32,000 bases of DNA from Synechococcus elongatus PCC 6301 (GTDB lineage Bacteria; Cyanobacteriota; Cyanobacteriia; Synechococcales; Synechococcaceae), in contig NC_006576.1 of the NCBI RefSeq assembly GCF_000010065.1, positions 2,250,001 to 2,282,000 on the forward strand. The letters run 5' to 3'. The translations under genes and the position numbers were made by a program. Below, one piece after another: positions 7,173-17,050 of the stretch. Each line of letters opens with the position of its first letter. Positions within the stretch are counted from its first letter, which is position 1. The notes under the pieces were generated by a model. That model made no database searches and was not told where the DNA came from. It was given only the letters and a program-made list of their open reading frames with translations.

Positions 7173-8306
7173 ATGTCATCACTCCAACGTTGGGTTGTTC
7201 CATTGACGGTGGCCTTGTGCTGTCTAAACAGTTCTGTTCCCCGGGCGATCGCAGCGACTGAGTTGCAAGCCCCTGCCAGTACAGCGATTGAAGCCCCCCT
7301 GCCAGCTAAAATCCTGCAACCCTTGTCTCGCTCGGCCAGTGCTAACCCTCGGCTAGCGGCTTATCAATCGGGGGCGACCCTCGCAGACTTGCCAGAAGCC
7401 ACTGTTTTGAGTTTTGACCCGCGCTGGGTGCGAATGGATCTCCTTGAAGGCTGGGATCAGGAAGAGGCGGCTTTTAAGGATGGTGGAGCCTTGGCCTTTG
7501 TCTCCGGCCCGATGTATGAGCGGGTTGTAGATGAGAAAACGGGGCAGGAAATTGGGGTCGCACTCGGCGATATGAAGTTTGGGCGATCGATTACCTGGGC
7601 CCGTAATCGAGCAGCAGCGCGGGAACGTGCCTATGTCGGTGTTACCCAAAATGGTCGGGTCGAATTTGGCTATGGTGCCTTAACGCCAGAACGGCAACTT
7701 CGCTACGAAACCTTTATCGGCGGCCTGCATGCTATCTACAACGATACTCAACCGCAGCCGCCGGAATATCGTGGGGGCTACAACAGCGGTATCCAACAGG
7801 AATTTCGTTATTTTTTACCACGTATCCGGATTATCTATGGCCTCCGACCCGATGGTCAGTTTTCATTCTTTATGAGTAAAGAAGGTATGACCATGAATGA
7901 GGCGATTACCCTATCGCGTCGCCTCGGCTATTTGGCAGCCTATATGCCCGATCATGCTTCGAAATCCCGCTTAATTATTCCCGGTGAGAAACCCTTTTCA
8001 TCTGAAGATGCTGACTGGATGAGTAATGGCGTTTTGAACTATGCTCACGTTCCTTTCTTGGTGCGTATGACACCGCGCCGAGCACCAGTCGGTTTTGTGC
8101 GAAATCAGCGACTGAGTATTCGTGCTCGAGTTCAACGGGATGAACTTTGTCAGGAATGGCGCGGTTGTGACTGGCCATCAATGGTTATCCGTATTCGCGA
8201 TCGCCTCCGCGATCGCGCGATCATTGCGGTTGACCAAGCTGTTAGACAGCAGCTACAACCAGCGCTTGATCGCTTCTGGGCTTGGACCGGAGGATCTAGC
8301 CTCTAA
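7173..8306 (+). CDS. Secreted hypothetical protein (377 aa), possibly with a phosphodiester-glycosidase-like (DUF2233-like) core
   Basis: ATG 7173 gives a signal peptide, MSSLQRWVVPLTVALCCLNSSVPRAIA|ATE; the ORF-track start at 7140 is a TTG. The family call rests only on loose pattern resemblance (AFVSGPMY...GVTQNGRVEFGYG...GMTMNEAITLSRRLGYLAAYMPDHASKS) and is weak. Confidence 0.6.
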   Translation: MSSLQRWVVPLTVALCCLNSSVPRAIAATELQAPASTAIEAPLPAKILQPLSRSASANPRLAAYQSGATLADLPEATVLSFDPRWVRMDLLEGWDQEEAAFKDGGALAFVSGPMYERVVDEKTGQEIGVALGDMKFGRSITWARNRAAARERAYVGVTQNGRVEFGYGALTPERQLRYETFIGGLHAIYNDTQPQPPEYRGGYNSGIQQEFRYFLPRIRIIYGLRPDGQFSFFMSKEGMTMNEAITLSRRLGYLAAYMPDHASKSRLIIPGEKPFSSEDADWMSNGVLNYAHVPFLVRMTPRRAPVGFVRNQRLSIRARVQRDELCQEWRGCDWPSMVIRIRDRLRDRAIIAVDQAVRQQLQPALDRFWAWTGGSSL

Positions 8307-8358
8307 GCAACACCAACTCTTGCATTCTGTTGGAGTCTAGATGGTTACTGAGCGAAGG

Positions 8359-8673
8359 CTAACGGCGTCGGTTAGCGATCGCGCCCAACAGGAGTCTCAC
8401 GGCTACTTCTACTAAGACCCCCACGACTGTGGCGATTACCGCTCCCAGCTAGATGCCCAATCAGCTAATCGCGATCGCTCCTGCTAACTCGAAGAAACTG
8501 GAAGTCCCGATCCGCGCCACAGGATCTGCTTGGCTGTAGGGCAGTTTACAGTGCCAAGCCTAGGTGTAGCCGATCGTAAACATCAGCAAACTTTGCAGCA
8601 GGATGGGCTCTGCAATGAGGGTAATAATCTGGGTCTGAGCCAGAGACCTTAGAGGTAAAAGTGGTGTACTCAT
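8359..8673 (-). pseudogene. Relic of an ACR3-family arsenite efflux permease (C-terminal ~100 codons, three in-frame stops)
   Basis: One reverse-strand frame reads MSTPLLPLRSLAQTQIITLIAEPILLQSLLMFTIGYT*AWHCKLPYSQADPVARIGTSSFFELAGAIAIS*LGI*LGAVIATVVGVLVEVAVRLLLGAIANRRR*. The stops are at 8562..8560, 8463..8461 and 8451..8449. The block ..S.FELA.A.AI..(F)G....A.A.V.G.LVEV.V...L. resembles the conserved last two helices of ACR3 permeases as I recall them. Upstream of 8673 the similarity is lost. Confidence 0.6.
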
Positions 8674-8817
8674 TACCGCTTTCGATCGTATGAAATTCAG
8701 TCTGAAATATCCCTGCCTCTTGAACGAGTTGATCTGTTCAACCGATCAAGCACTCTCCTGGATTGGTGCGGCAACCATAGGTGCCAACCCAGACGCGACT
8801 GTTGGCTGAAAGCCCAT

Positions 8818-8846
8818 AAAAAACCCAGTCAGCAGATGCTGGCTGG
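8818..8846 (-). terminator. Rho-independent terminator of the 8897..9211 membrane-protein gene
   Basis: The reverse strand reads CCAGCCAGC-ATCT-GCTGACTGG, a 9-bp stem with one G-T pair, followed by G-TTTTTT. It lies about 50 nt downstream of the stop at 8897. Confidence 0.6.
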
Positions 8847-8896
8847 ATAGGGTGAGAGAAGGAGAGCGATCGCAATTAGCGGTGAGCCGTTGGGAT

Positions 8897-9211
8897 TTAG
8901 CTGGGGTTAATGGCTGGATTACTAAATGAGAGCTCAGCCGGTGTCGTCATGCTAGATTCTGCACTCGCTTCGAGGGGACGTAGCTCAATATGGTTGAGCA
9001 ATGTCGTCACAAAGGCAAAGAGTAGGAACGGTAGCGAAACCACAAGAATCAAGCCAACAGTTGTGAGTGCATAGATGGGTTGTTGAGCACCCATCAAGGC
9101 TAGAGCCGCGGCTAGACTCAGCAAAATAACGATAATCCAGGTAATAATCTGACCGTAAATGTCGCCAAATGTGAGCGTGCAGGCGACACGATAACGTTTT
9201 AGTCGATCCAT
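8897..9211 (-). CDS. Small hypothetical membrane protein (2 predicted TM helices)
   Basis: ATG 9211 gives MDRLKRYRVACTLTFGDIYGQIITWIIVILLSLAAALALMG....YALTTVGLILVVSLPFLLFAFVTTLL; the ORF-track TTG at 9277 is less likely. It has its own terminator. I recognise no family. Confidence 0.5.
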   Translation of the reverse strand: MDRLKRYRVACTLTFGDIYGQIITWIIVILLSLAAALALMGAQQPIYALTTVGLILVVSLPFLLFAFVTTLLNHIELRPLEASAESSMTTPAELSFSNPAINPS

Positions 9212-9424
9212 AGCAGCGGAATTTTGGCAGGATGCTCCCAGCCTAGATTCCCTAATCCGAGGACTGAGAAAACGCAATGATTGTTCAAGGTGAAATGAAG
9301 AAAGATGTCTTGATCTAGATGGGTGCCACTCGACCTGCCTGCCTCAGCGCCTTGCTTGCCAAAGTCTTGGGTCAAGATGTCACTATGGGGCAATAGAGTT
9401 GACTGCTACGAGGTTGCGCGTTCC

Positions 9425-10699
9425 ATGGTTGCTGCGCTGGCTGCTCCCCGGTTGAATGCCCCCCATTGGCAGCAACTTGAAAATGGACTAATCATTATTG
9501 CCGAACGCCTGCCGGTTCCTGCGGTGACCTTTGATCTCTGGGTCAAGGTGGGATCAGCTGTAGAACCTGACGCTGTTAACGGGGTGGCTCATTTCCTCGA
9601 ACACATGGTGTTCAAGGGCAGTCAGCGCCTCAAAGCCGGTGAGTTTGAGCAGCAGGTGGAAGCTCGGGGGGCGATCGCCAATGCTGCCACTAGCCAGGAT
9701 TACACCCACTTTTATTTCACCTGTGCGCCCAGTGACTTTACAGATCTCGTTTCGCTGCAAACCGATGTCGTGCTCAATCCCCTGCTTGCGGAAGCAGAAT
9801 TTGAGCGGGAACGGCGGGTTGTCCTAAAAGAAATTCGCCGTGCGGCGGATAATCCTCGGCGTCGAGCCTACTACCGCATGATTGAGGCTGCGTTTGAGCG
9901 GTTGCCCTATCGGCGGCCCGTGCTGGGCCCCTACGACACGATCGCCCAACTCCCGCTCACCGATTTGCAGGCCTTTCACCGCCAATGGTACGGCCCCAAT
10001 CAGCTAGTCGCAGTGGTGGTCGGGGATCTCCCGGAAGCGGAAATGATCGATGCAGTGCGAGCTGCGGTTGCCGATCATCCCCCTGTCACTGCTCAGCGAT
10101 CGCCCCTGTTGCCCGAGCCTGCCTTCAGTCAGCCCCAGCAGCAGATCTATCACGATGCTGATCTGCACCAAGCCCGGCTGTACCTAACTTGGCGGGTTCC
10201 TGGGCTCAGCCAACTCTCCCGGACTTATGCTCTCGATGCGATCGCGTCGATCTTGGCCAGTGGTCGCACCTCTCGGCTGGTTGCTCAGCTTCGAGAACAA
10301 CAGGGCTTGGTCAGTAATATTGTGGCGAGCAACTCCACCTATCGCGATCAGGGCCTCTTTGCAATCACAGCGCGGCTGCCGGTTGCCCATCTCGACACCG
10401 TCCGATCGCAGGTTCTTGCAGAGCTGCAATCCCTGCAGACTGAACCCGTGACCCCAGCAGAGTTGGAGCGGATTCGGCGGCAGGTCGTCAATCGTTTCAT
10501 CTTTGGCAATGAGCGCCCCAGCGATCGCGCCAGCTTGTATGGCTATTACGCTACGCTCCTCGGTAGCCTGGAACCGGCCTTCAATTACGTCGACGAAATC
10601 CACGCGCTCAGCGTTGATGATTTGCAGGCAGCGGTTCAGACTTACCTTGCTCCCGAAGCTTGCTCCACGATTCAGATTTTGCCAGGAGAGCATGGCTGA
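9425..10699 (+). CDS. M16 (pitrilysin) family zinc peptidase / processing protease
   Basis: Carries the inverted zinc motif HxxEH in GVAHFLEHMVFKGS plus the downstream E of the M16 site (...REIRRA..). Start is uncertain: ATG 9425 gives 424 aa and is preferred, with alternatives ATG 9377 and GTG 9323. Confidence 0.85.
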   Translation: MVAALAAPRLNAPHWQQLENGLIIIAERLPVPAVTFDLWVKVGSAVEPDAVNGVAHFLEHMVFKGSQRLKAGEFEQQVEARGAIANAATSQDYTHFYFTCAPSDFTDLVSLQTDVVLNPLLAEAEFERERRVVLKEIRRAADNPRRRAYYRMIEAAFERLPYRRPVLGPYDTIAQLPLTDLQAFHRQWYGPNQLVAVVVGDLPEAEMIDAVRAAVADHPPVTAQRSPLLPEPAFSQPQQQIYHDADLHQARLYLTWRVPGLSQLSRTYALDAIASILASGRTSRLVAQLREQQGLVSNIVASNSTYRDQGLFAITARLPVAHLDTVRSQVLAELQSLQTEPVTPAELERIRRQVVNRFIFGNERPSDRASLYGYYATLLGSLEPAFNYVDEIHALSVDDLQAAVQTYLAPEACSTIQILPGEHG

Positions 10700-11585
10700 A
10701 GCAGAGTCTCTTTGGAGCGCGATCGCGGCGGTGATTAATACTCAGCGCGATCGGCCAAGCCTAATTCAGCAGGCCCAACCCGTGGGTGGTGGCTGCATCA
10801 ACCGCAGCTATCGCCTGGTGCTGGAAGATGGGCAAGCTTGGTTTGTCAAACTCAATCAACGCGACTCTTTAGCGGCTTTTGCGGCGGAAGCAGAAGCCCT
10901 GACCGCGATCGCAGCCAGTCAAACAATCCGAGTGCCTCAGCCAATTGCTTGGGGAGAGACCAATCGCAGTGCCTACCTAGTGTTGGAATGGCTAGAGCTT
11001 GATCGCGGCCCCACAGATTGGCGACAGATGGGGGCCCAATTGGCGCAGTTGCATCGTCAGACTCGCTCACCTCAGGGTTTTGGCTGGCATCGCGACAATG
11101 TGATTGGCCAAACCCCACAAATCAACCCGTGGCAATGGGATTGGGGAGCATTCTGGCAAGTCCAGCGTATTCAGTTTCAACTGGATCTGGCTGCCCGTAA
11201 CGGCTACCGCTGGCCCCATGCCCAAGCACTGTGCGATCGCATTCCCGATCTTCTGGCCGATCATCAACCCAAGCCTGCATTGGTGCATGGCGATCTTTGG
11301 TCGGGAAATGCCAGCTTCCTGGCAGACGGCACGCCAGTCATCTTTGATCCGGCGACCTACTACGGCGATCGCGAAGTCGATCTAGCGATGACCGAACTAT
11401 TTGGGGGTTTCCCTCCAGCTTTTTACGAAGGCTACCGCCAGGTTTGGCCGCTGGATCCGGGCTATCGCAGCCGCCGCGATCTCTACAACCTCTATCACGT
11501 TCTCAATCACGTCAACTTGTTTGGCGGGGGCTATGTCCACCAGGCTCAACGACTGATCGATCGCCTTCTGGCAACGAACCGTTGA
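10692..11585 (+). CDS. Fructosamine/ketosamine-3-kinase family protein
   Basis: ATG 10692 gives MAEAESLW...VGGGCINRSYRL....G...FVKLN.......F.AEA.AL..I........PQPI..G.........VLEWLEL....LA.LH...GFG....N.IG.TPQ.N.W...W..F...R...QL....LVHGDLWSGN..F...G.PVIFDPA.YYGDREVDLAM. It overlaps the peptidase stop by 8 nt (ATGGCTGA). The 5' extension to 10503 in the ORF track is out-of-frame overlap with the peptidase. Confidence 0.85.
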   Translation: MAEAESLWSAIAAVINTQRDRPSLIQQAQPVGGGCINRSYRLVLEDGQAWFVKLNQRDSLAAFAAEAEALTAIAASQTIRVPQPIAWGETNRSAYLVLEWLELDRGPTDWRQMGAQLAQLHRQTRSPQGFGWHRDNVIGQTPQINPWQWDWGAFWQVQRIQFQLDLAARNGYRWPHAQALCDRIPDLLADHQPKPALVHGDLWSGNASFLADGTPVIFDPATYYGDREVDLAMTELFGGFPPAFYEGYRQVWPLDPGYRSRRDLYNLYHVLNHVNLFGGGYVHQAQRLIDRLLATNR

Positions 11586-11617
11586 TCGATGGTCGAGAAA
11601 AGCGGCCGCGATCGTAG

Positions 11618-12544
11618 CTAAAGAACCGTAGCTCGTAGCATTGCCACCGGCAGACTACAGAGTTTCCGCCAAGTCGGTACGTAGGCCCGCTTTCGGAAGA
11701 CGTCGTAGTTATTCTGCTCAATCACATCGAGAATTTCGCGATAGAGCATCAGGGAGGCCCAGACTGGCCAGCGAGCATCATGGCTGAGTTGACGAATGCC
11801 ACGCTCGGCTTGCTCAAAGTAATCACGAGCGCGATCAAGCTGGAACTGCATAAAGGCCCGCCAGCGATCGTCAATCACGCCATTGAACAAGTCTTGTTCG
11901 CTGTAGTTGAACTGCGCTAGCTCCTCTTGGGGGAGATAGATGCGGCCTCGACGGGCATCTTCACCGACATCGCGCAGAATATTGGTGAGCTGGTTGGCAA
12001 TGCCAAGTGCTAGCGCTTCTTGCGTTGGGTCGGGCGGAGTTGTCGGATCCCAAGGGGCACGACTATTGGTCGATTCAATGCCCATCACCGGCTGTGACAT
12101 CAGTCCCACAGTACCGGCGACACGGTAGCAGTAGGTGTAGAGATCCTCAAAAGTGGAATAGCGGTTTTGCAGCAGATCCATCCGCTGCCCTTCGATCATG
12201 TCGCGGAAGGGCTGGATATCGAGAGGATAGCGAGCCAAGGTATCCACCAAGGCAACATCGCAGTCGTCTTCGGGTTCCCCAGCAAACAGTCGTTCCAACC
12301 GCCGCTCCCAAGCATCCAGGGTCGCGAAGTTAGTCTGCGCTGCTTGAGGGCCATCGACTAGTTCATCGGTACGACGACACCAGACGTAGATGGCCCAGAT
12401 GGCCTGACGCTTGGCCTCGGGCATCAAAAGCGTCCCGAGGTAAAAGGTCTTAGCGTAGCGAGCGGTAATTTGTCGGCACTCCTCGTAGGCCTCCGACAGA
12501 GAGGCGAGCGCCCGTGAAGGCCGTGCCGGTATCATCTGCAGCAT
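11618..12544 (-). CDS. crtB: Phytoene synthase
   Basis: Full-length squalene/phytoene synthase pattern: [11 protein letters not shown]...[19 protein letters not shown]...[11 protein letters not shown]...[16 protein letters not shown]...GRIYLP.EEL. It lies 80 nt downstream of pds on the same strand. Confidence 0.95.
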   Translation of the reverse strand: MLQMIPARPSRALASLSEAYEECRQITARYAKTFYLGTLLMPEAKRQAIWAIYVWCRRTDELVDGPQAAQTNFATLDAWERRLERLFAGEPEDDCDVALVDTLARYPLDIQPFRDMIEGQRMDLLQNRYSTFEDLYTYCYRVAGTVGLMSQPVMGIESTNSRAPWDPTTPPDPTQEALALGIANQLTNILRDVGEDARRGRIYLPQEELAQFNYSEQDLFNGVIDDRWRAFMQFQLDRARDYFEQAERGIRQLSHDARWPVWASLMLYREILDVIEQNNYDVFRKRAYVPTWRKLCSLPVAMLRATVL

Positions 12545-12624
12545 CAGACAGACGGTGCGAGTCGGGGGTGAGAGGGTGACCAGTGAAGCTTCAGAGCTAG
12601 CAACTGCAACATGGGTAACAGTGT

Positions 12625-14082
<1,458 letters not shown>

Positions 14083-14198
14083 TTAGTATACGTTGCATTC
14101 TGTAACAATTCTGATTCGCGATCGCGCTGTCAACACTGATCAAAGTGCGATCGCTCCGTAATAATGATGGAGACGTTTCAGCGGTCCGTCTGCGAGTC

Positions 14199-14531
14199 AT
14201 GCTTCTAAAATCTACGACCCGCCATATCCGCATCTTCACGGCCGAGATCGAAGGCAACGAACTCCAACCCAGCGACACGGTGTTGACGCTGGATGTCGAT
14301 CCTGACAACGAGTTCAACTGGAACGAGGAAGCGCTGCAAAAGGTCTATCGTCAGTTTGATGACCTCGTAGAATCCTACGCGGGGCAAGAGCTGAGTGAGT
14401 ACAATCTGCGTCGTATCGGCTCGGAACTAGAAGTCTTGCTGCGGCAGATGTTGCAGGCTGGAGAAATTTCTTACAACCTCAACTGCCGCGTGCTGAACTA
14501 CAGCATGGGCGTGCCGCAAGCCGTTGTCTAA
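14199..14531 (+). CDS. ndhM: NAD(P)H-quinone oxidoreductase (NDH-1) subunit M
   Basis: ATG 14199 gives [58 protein letters not shown]...[13 protein letters not shown]...[22 protein letters not shown], which is characteristic of NdhM. The ORF-track start at 14145 is an upstream non-ATG codon. Confidence 0.9.
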   Translation: MLLKSTTRHIRIFTAEIEGNELQPSDTVLTLDVDPDNEFNWNEEALQKVYRQFDDLVESYAGQELSEYNLRRIGSELEVLLRQMLQAGEISYNLNCRVLNYSMGVPQAVV

Positions 14532-15139
14532 TGCAGGCGTTGAGTCTACGGACTCACCTCGCAGGGCAACTGACGGCTGCTACCTCTGGAGCGCCGCGTC
14601 TCTATCGCGATCGCGGTGCGCAAGGTCTGGTCTACAAAGTTGCAAAGACTGGAGACTGGCAATCGCCGTCCGAATCACCTTGGCCTTGGCTGATGCAGGG
14701 TCGAGGTTTTGTTTTACCTGAGGCTGAGCTTTGGCAGTGGCTTCAAAAGCGATCGCAGCCTTGGCCTGTTGTGGTTGAACCATTACCGGCAGCTTGTCCA
14801 GTCTGGCCACTGCAACTGACCCATGCTCGCTGCTGGCAGCGGTGCGACACGATCGCAGCTGTCAATCCGCGGTGGTCGACTGAATCACCAGAGGCGATCG
14901 CCCCGGCCCTGTGGCCAGTCACAGCCTGCTTAATCGACTTGGCTGATGCCTGGCAAGGTCCGACTAAGCCAGTCCTGACCATTGCCCGCGAGCACCTCCT
15001 ACCCGCTCTTGATCAACTCGATCGACGGCCCATTCCGACTGTGCCTCGAGTTGCAACAACTGAGCTGTATCACGCTGCCGCCGCTGCTCTGGCTGCTTGT
15101 CTACATCGCTGGGGGCAACCCGCGTCTCGTTGGCTCTAA
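14531..15139 (+). CDS. Hypothetical Trp-rich protein, translationally coupled to ndhM
   Basis: 202-aa ORF whose ATG overlaps the ndhM stop (TAATG at 14529..14533). It fills the whole gap between ndhM and the 3' end of rbcR. By my count 13 Trp residues. I recognise no family. Confidence 0.6.
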   Translation: MQALSLRTHLAGQLTAATSGAPRLYRDRGAQGLVYKVAKTGDWQSPSESPWPWLMQGRGFVLPEAELWQWLQKRSQPWPVVVEPLPAACPVWPLQLTHARCWQRCDTIAAVNPRWSTESPEAIAPALWPVTACLIDLADAWQGPTKPVLTIAREHLLPALDQLDRRPIPTVPRVATTELYHAAAAALAACLHRWGQPASRWL

Positions 15140-16125
15140 GCCACGGGCGATCGCTTTGGGATGAAGTCGTCGAGGCTGGCTTGCCCTTTCCAGAGCGGAC
15201 TGTTTTCAGTTGCGAAATCTGGCAAGATTTCCTGGCTGAAGGCCACAGCTGCTTTCGAGCGGTAGCGGTTGGGGTTGTAGATTACCGATAGGGTGCGTTG
15301 AACGCACAGATCATTGGTTTGGGCACGGTGCAAACTGCCCATCTCCAGTTCCTTCTCGATCGCGGAAACCGAGACGAAAGCTGCCCCTAGACCCGCTTGC
15401 ACCGCATTTTTAATTGCCTCGATCGAGTTGAGCTCCATCTCAATCCGCAGGCGACGGGTCTCAATGCCGCTGCGGCTGAGCACTTGGTCAATCACCTTGC
15501 GGATGGTTGATTGAGAATCAAGGGCAATGAACTGCAGCTTGTAGAGGTCTTCGCGCTGAATGCTGGCTTGTTGGGTCAACGGGTGCGACACCGGCAGGAT
15601 CAAGGCCAGCTCATCCTCAGCATAGGGAATCGTGACCAAGGAATCCTGCAGTTCCGTCGGCACTTCACCGCCAATAATCGCGAGGTCAATCTGACCATTG
15701 GCCACGCTCCAAGAGGTGCGGCGGGTGGAGTGGACGTGCAGTTGCACGGCAACGTCGGGGTAGCGCTGGCGAAAACGGCCGATCATGCGGGGCAAGAGAT
15801 AAGTGCCCGTGGTTTGGCTAGCACCAATGATCAACGTGCCGCCCTGTAAATATTGTAGGTCTTCGATCGCGCGACAAGTCTCAGCGCAGAGGCTGGGGAT
15901 GCGTTCGCCGTAGCTGAGCAGCAGATGTCCGGCTTCCGTCAGTTGGGCGCGGCGACCCCCGCGATCGAACAGCGGCACATTCAGCTGCCGTTCGAGGTTT
16001 TGCACCTGCAAGCTCACTGCCGGTTGCGACACGTAAAGGCTGTCAGCCGCACGCTTGAAGCTACCCTCAGCAGCGATCGCTCGCAAAATGCGTAATTGGT
16101 CCAGAGTGAAAGGCAAATCGGACAT
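15136..16125 (-). CDS. rbcR: LysR-family transcriptional regulator, RbcR/Ycf30 type
   Basis: ATG 16125 gives [75 protein letters not shown]...[72 protein letters not shown]. This is near-colinear with cyanobacterial RbcR and plastid Ycf30 as I recall them. The ORF-track GTG at 16164 adds 13 unlikely residues. Confidence 0.85.
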   Translation of the reverse strand: MSDLPFTLDQLRILRAIAAEGSFKRAADSLYVSQPAVSLQVQNLERQLNVPLFDRGGRRAQLTEAGHLLLSYGERIPSLCAETCRAIEDLQYLQGGTLIIGASQTTGTYLLPRMIGRFRQRYPDVAVQLHVHSTRRTSWSVANGQIDLAIIGGEVPTELQDSLVTIPYAEDELALILPVSHPLTQQASIQREDLYKLQFIALDSQSTIRKVIDQVLSRSGIETRRLRIEMELNSIEAIKNAVQAGLGAAFVSVSAIEKELEMGSLHRAQTNDLCVQRTLSVIYNPNRYRSKAAVAFSQEILPDFATENSPLWKGQASLDDFIPKRSPVA

Positions 16126-16293
16126 GAACGCTGTCCTGGCAAGAGTGGGATGCCGGGACTCCACGGCGATCGCGCCATGATCCCTGCCTTCATTAAATAC
16201 TTGTCCGGCTCTTCAACGCGTTGATGACTTACGAGGTAAGCCATAGGCGATCGCGTTAGACTCAAACGCTGGAATCTGTATTTCGGTCTGATC

Positions 16294-17017
16294 ATGCCCC
16301 TGTCTTGGTGGACACCCAGCCACACGATCATGCTGGCGTTGCTGCTGCTGTTTGCGATCGCCCATAGTGGCTTGGCTGCATTGCGACCTTGGGGCGAAAC
16401 CAAAATTGGGGCGCGGGGCTATCGCATCCTGTTTGCACTAGTCAGCCTGCCCTTGGCCGTCGTGACGATTAGCTACTTCATCCTCCATCGCTATGATGGT
16501 GCGCTGCTCTGGCAGCTGCAGGGGATCCCGTGGATTGCCCCGCTCGTTTGGGTGCTGACGGCGATCTCCTTTCTGCTGCTCTATCCAGCGACCTTTAACT
16601 TGCTGGAAATTGCTGCGATCGCCCAACCGCAAGTGCGCCTCTATGAAACTGGGATTACTCGTATTACCCGCCATCCCCAAACCTTTGGCCAAATTCTCTG
16701 GTGCCTCGCCCACAGTCTCTGGTTGGGCACCTCGTTCATGATGGTTGCCAGTGCCGGTTTGATTGCGCATCACCTGTTCAGCATCTGGCACGGGCGATCG
16801 CCGCTTACAAAAACGCTACGGCGAAGCCTTTGAGGCGCTCAAGTCACGCACCTCGATCATCCCCTTCCTCGCGATCGCTCAAGGGAAGCAAACCCTCGTC
16901 TGGAAGGAGTTTCTGCGACCGGCTTACCTCGGCGTGGCGATCGCAATTGGACTCTTCTGGTTCGCCCATCGCTGGATCCCACAGGCAACTGCTGCACTTG
17001 CTGAAATCGGCTGGTAG
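16294..17017 (+). pseudogene. NnrU-family membrane protein with the frame broken by an apparent 1-nt insertion (true pseudogene, programmed shift or sequence error)
   Basis: ORF 16294..16833 carries residues 1-167 (...RITRHPQTFGQILWCLAHSLWLG...GLIAHHLFSIWHG). The family-typical continuation [32 protein letters not shown]...AEIGW is in the +1 frame (ORF 16763..17017). Deleting one G from GGG 16792..16794 restores a roughly 240-aa NnrU-length protein. The G-run abuts HIP1 at 16794..16801. Confidence 0.8.
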
Positions 17018-17050
17018 CATGATCCCCAAGGCAGAGAGGTTTCCCGACGT

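Noticed and set aside
8690-8809. 39-aa + strand ORF (MKFSLKYPCLLNELICSTDQALSWIGAATIGANPDATVG*) next to the ACR3 relic
   Set aside because: It is too short, has no family match I can support, and lies opposite the terminator region of the neighbouring gene.
10184-10693. 169-aa antisense ORF in the M16 peptidase, and likewise 24235..24756 in the TPR gene and 24920..25333 in the M20 gene
   Set aside because: Each is antisense to a well-supported conserved CDS, and none has family features.
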